Source: an uncultured virus (IMG/VR IMGVR_UViG_3300037504_000366) (Duplodnaviria > Heunggongvirae > Uroviricota > Caudoviricetes). Taken from it: a DNA stretch of 20,000 bases. A program made the translations under genes and the position numbers. Location: IMG/VR virus record IMGVR_UViG_3300037504_000366. One strand, written 5' to 3'. Under the pieces are notes generated by a model, which had not been told where the DNA came from, made no database searches, and was given only the letters and a program-made list of their open reading frames with translations. Numbering within the stretch: the stretch's first letter is position 1; every line of letters begins with the position of its first letter. This document shows, in pieces, positions 17,688-20,000 of this stretch.

Positions 17688-18011
17688 CTACCCGACAGCT
17701 TTGTTGTACGCCTTCAAGGCGGCCATCGCTTGCTCGTACGAGATATGTATTCCCTTGAGCATCAGGAATTGTCCCGGCTCCATAGCTCTAGCCAAGACTG
17801 TGAACGGCTCTAGTGCCTCCAGGAGCTCTGGCGCTGCGCTCCACAACAGCGCGTTGCTCCTCGAATTCATTGTCACGCCCTCTGCGACGTGGTGGTACGC
17901 CTCCCCTATAATGTACTCTCCATTGTGGACGATGGCATAGTCCCCGCCGTCATCGATCTCCTTGATTTTGCCAGATGACGGCCCTCTTATAGACAAATTC
18001 TTTGCGTGCAT
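17688..18011 (-). CDS. phage protein with NAxLxxAAPELLEAL motif
   Basis: AGGAGG SD; common phage early-gene motif. Confidence 0.75.
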   Translation of the reverse strand: MHAKNLSIRGPSSGKIKEIDDGGDYAIVHNGEYIIGEAYHHVAEGVTMNSRSNALLWSAAPELLEALEPFTVLARAMEPGQFLMLKGIHISYEQAMAALKAYNKAVG

Positions 18012-18093
18012 ATACCCTCCTAAGGTTTGTTCTGGACAGCCGGTCCTCTATACGGGTTGCCTAGACCCACCGGCTGTCCAACGATCCGGCTAT

Positions 18094-18164
18094 GAGGTCA
18101 TAAGCGGACTTGAACCGCTTGTCTCTGATTACGTCAGTGTCTTACCTGCTAGACGAATGACCTC
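18094..18164 (-). ncRNA. tRNA-like RNA with truncated anticodon arm
   Basis: GAGGTCAT/ATGACCTC; GTCT-AGCAGGTA-AGAC; CTGA-CGTAA-TCAG; AAGCGG-TTCAAGT-CCGCTT. Confidence 0.7.
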
Positions 18165-18166
18165 TC

Positions 18167-18263
18167 GAGAGTGCCTGGCCGGTGTTACCAGGAGCTATCT
18201 CGAGAATTACTCCTGGCTACGAGGGAGCGACCCCCGAGCGGGATTCGAACCCGCGACACCCTC
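18167..18263 (-). ncRNA. circularly permuted tRNA-like RNA (T arm, closed acceptor, D-like arm; YrlA-like topology)
   Basis: GAGGGTGTC/GGCACTCTC closing stem; GCGGG-TTCGAAT-CCCGC; CGGGGG-TCGCT-CCCTCG; TAGCCA...TGGTAA...GGC. Confidence 0.6.
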
Positions 18264-18265
18264 AG

Positions 18266-18338
18266 AGCACCGGGTGGGATTCGAACCCACAACCTAGTCT
18301 TTACAAGAGACCAACTCCTCCAATTGAGCTACCGGTGC
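18266..18338 (-). tRNA. tRNA-Thr(TGT)
   Basis: GCACCGG/CCGGTGC, U73; GGTCT-CTTGTAA-AGACT; normal T arm. Confidence 0.93.
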
Positions 18339-18343
18339 TTATT

Positions 18344-18731
18344 GTGGTGTGGTGTGCTGTTACGCCAAAGGCTCCAGCGACAGATTTACGCATTGGAGTC
18401 GGCTATCGCGCCAGCTTGCGGATGTCGTCTCCTTAATTGCACTTTCCTCTCGTACTGGTGCAACGTACGTATCTCTCCTGGCTTGCCCCGCTCCGATGCT
18501 AGCCCGCTCAGACGAAAGTTTCACCAGTACATTTATCCAAGCTGGAAGCCGCACGGGGTGCTCGTTTCGCTAGGGTCTGAGGTGCCTGCTGGTCTCGTAG
18601 GGGTAAGGCTTCCCTCTCCTGCCACCTCTGATATTAACGTTGCCCAGGCTGCCAGTTATCTCCCAGGCAGAGCGATCCCTATTGCCACTCTTTAAAGGAT
18701 GGCTGCCTCTAAGCCAACCTCCCAACACCAC
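18344..18731 (-). ncRNA. structured ncRNA combining a 23S rRNA H42-H44-like GTPase-associated centre and a sarcin-ricin loop
   Basis: GGGAGGTTGGCTTAGAGGCAGCCATCCTTTAAAGAGT ...321 nt... GCGTAACAGCACAC, closed by GTGGTG/CACCAC; internal TTGCAC-C-AGTACGAGAGGA-AA-GTGCAA. Confidence 0.85.
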
Positions 18732-18734
18732 GAG

Positions 18735-18806
18735 TGGACCAGGTAGGATTCGAACCTACACCACCAGCCTCTTTGGTTGCTGGTGCTCTCCAAGAGCTAC
18801 TGGCCC
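18735..18806 (-). ncRNA. tRNA-like RNA with Ala identity (G3.U70, A73) and a 10-nt anticodon loop
   Basis: GGGCCAG/CTGGTCC-A; GCTC-TTGGA-GAGC; CCAGC-AACCAAAGAG-GCTGG; GTAGG-TTCGAAT-CCTAC. Confidence 0.8.
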
Positions 18807-18810
18807 AGAA

Positions 18811-18886
18811 TGGTGGGTGATGTCTCCACCACCCACCAACCCTAGAAAGGAGAAAAATCAGGCGCAAGGACCCCGCCCCCTTGCGC
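18811..18886 (-). other. two hairpins flanking an anti-SD-like CTCCTTTCTA
   Basis: GCGCAAGG/CCTTGCGC, then CTGATTTTTCTCCTTTCTAGGG, then a 12-bp GAGA hairpin. Confidence 0.45.
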
Positions 18887-18906
18887 AGACTTGCCCCCGT
18901 TACACC

Positions 18907-19140
18907 TCAGACAAGCCCCCCTCGTTCGTTGATCTCGTCGATTTGATACAGAGCAGACTCTGTTGATATGTCGCCATCGTGCCATCTTTCAATGACCTCG
19001 ACGGTTGCGTTAACTTGCTCTATTCTGTCAAGGATATCCTCGAGAGCGCTTGCATCTATGATGCAGGTTCCGTCATCTAACAGCTCTGCTTTCTTGCAAT
19101 TAAATCCCAACTGCTTGATCTTGCTCTTAAGGTATCCCAT
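18907..19140 (-). CDS. hypothetical protein
   Basis: 77-aa ORF with a purine-rich leader. Confidence 0.6.
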   Translation of the reverse strand: MGYLKSKIKQLGFNCKKAELLDDGTCIIDASALEDILDRIEQVNATVEVIERWHDGDISTESALYQIDEINERGGLV

Positions 19141-19188
19141 TTCATCTCTCTCTTTCTGCCGAAGGCTATTTTTAAACAGTTGCCGTAG

Positions 19189-19260
19189 CTGCGCCGGTAG
19201 GACTCGAACCTACAATCTTTTGATTAACAGTCAAATGCCTTGCCGTTAGGCTACGGCGCA
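19189..19260 (-). tRNA. tRNA-Asn(GTT)
   Basis: TGCGCCG/CGGCGCA, G73; TTTGA-CTGTTAA-TCAAA. Confidence 0.95.
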
Positions 19261-19276
19261 GGGTATGACCTAGCGA

Positions 19277-19313
19277 CAAGTATACCACGTTTACTCACAG
19301 ACTCCAATAATCT
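19277..19313 (-). promoter_or_regulatory. sigma70-type promoter upstream of tRNA-Asn and the ncRNA array
   Basis: TTGGAG-17 nt-TATACT with TG extension; shares ACGTGGTATACTTG with the 8825-8838 promoter. Confidence 0.6.
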
Positions 19314-20000
19314 CGAGACTCCTCATCCATTCCAGCACCTCGTCGAAATCGACTAGCCTGGACACCGTGAGGGCGTATCTGCCCTCGAAACCATCGATAC
19401 CCCGAACCTGCCCGAAGTGTCGGGGAATTATTGACGGGCACACTGTTTCAAAAAAGATCATCCGCTGGTTGTTGTCAAACGCCGAGCATATCTTGAATGC
19501 ACGCTTGCGCTCTGGGGCAGAGACACCAGTGAGCACATCCACTGCGACACGATTCGCGGCGAGCGCCTCGTTGCTACGCTCTAGGTCTTTCTCGAGCTGA
19601 GCACAGCGCTCAGCCCACTCGTTAGCCTTTTCTTGCGCTTTATCCCGCTGATCGCAGGCGTGCTCGAACCCTGCGGCCTTTTGCTGTAGCTCGTTGTTCT
19701 CCTTAACTAGCCTGCCTACCTCATCACCAAGGGCACTGCACAGATCTCTCTCGCGTTCGTGCTTGGCGAGAGCGCGGTCGCGCTGGAGCTCTGCCTCGGC
19801 TCGCTTGCCCTTTTCTGTGAAGTAGTCCTCGCGCCAGCCTGCGCGGGTCCGTGTGTCTGAGAGTTCTGTTCTTAAGTCCCCGATTGTGCTCGACATCGAA
19901 TCAATCTCATCGTCGCGCATCTTGAGCGCTAGGCTCAGCTCCTCAATCTTGGCAGCCCAGGCAATCAGCTTACTCGCCTGGGCCGCGTTGGCCTTTCTCA
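19291..20000 (-). CDS. coiled-coil protein (5' partial)
   Basis: Frame stays open upstream of ATG 19920 to the window edge; heptad-rich. Confidence 0.7.
   Translation of the reverse strand, partial: RKANAAQASKLIAWAAKIEELSLALKMRDDEIDSMSSTIGDLRTELSDTRTRAGWREDYFTEKGKRAEAELQRDRALAKHERERDLCSALGDEVGRLVKENNELQQKAAGFEHACDQRDKAQEKANEWAERCAQLEKDLERSNEALAANRVAVDVLTGVSAPERKRAFKICSAFDNNQRMIFFETVCPSIIPRHFGQVRGIDGFEGRYALTVSRLVDFDEVLEWMRSLEIIGVCE

Noticed and set aside
18344..18731. Genuine 23S rRNA gene or rRNA contamination
   Set aside because: Only H42-H44 and the SRL match, the SRL is nested inside H44, and the flanks are phage-type tRNAs and genes.
18171..18966. ORFs overlapping the RNA array (18171-18695, 18182-18436, 18349-18573, 18360-18554, 18640-18966)
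   Set aside because: They overlap tRNAs and structured RNA and lack an RBS or protein-like motifs.

Overview
This window looks like part of a large dsDNA phage genome. It is densely packed with short, mostly minus-strand genes that overlap at ATGA junctions, and it has two tRNA clusters. The host is probably Chloroflexota/Anaerolineae, inferred from the SSB sequence style. Recognisable proteins are a TopoVIA/Spo11-type TOPRIM protein, a Gp37/Gp68 (DUF5131) protein, a conserved phage gene pair, a nucleotidyltransferase, a MazG-like protein, DUF2958, a TerS-like HTH protein, a DPBB protein, SSB, an XRE regulator and two lipoproteins. The most striking feature is a minus-strand noncoding array at about 18030-18900. 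It contains a ~388-nt structured RNA that joins the 23S rRNA GTPase-associated centre (H42-H44, L11 site) to a sarcin-ricin loop (SRL) with native geometry. Around it lie an Ala-identity tRNA-like RNA with a 10-nt anticodon loop, a circularly permuted tRNA-like RNA, a truncated tRNA-like RNA and an anti-Shine-Dalgarno-like segment. Together these suggest a translation-machinery mimic or decoy operon. Also notable are a protein carrying a captured RpoB segment and a 13-bp palindrome (TTCTGCSGCAGAA) dispersed across the window. All family calls come from motif recognition by eye; no database searches were run.
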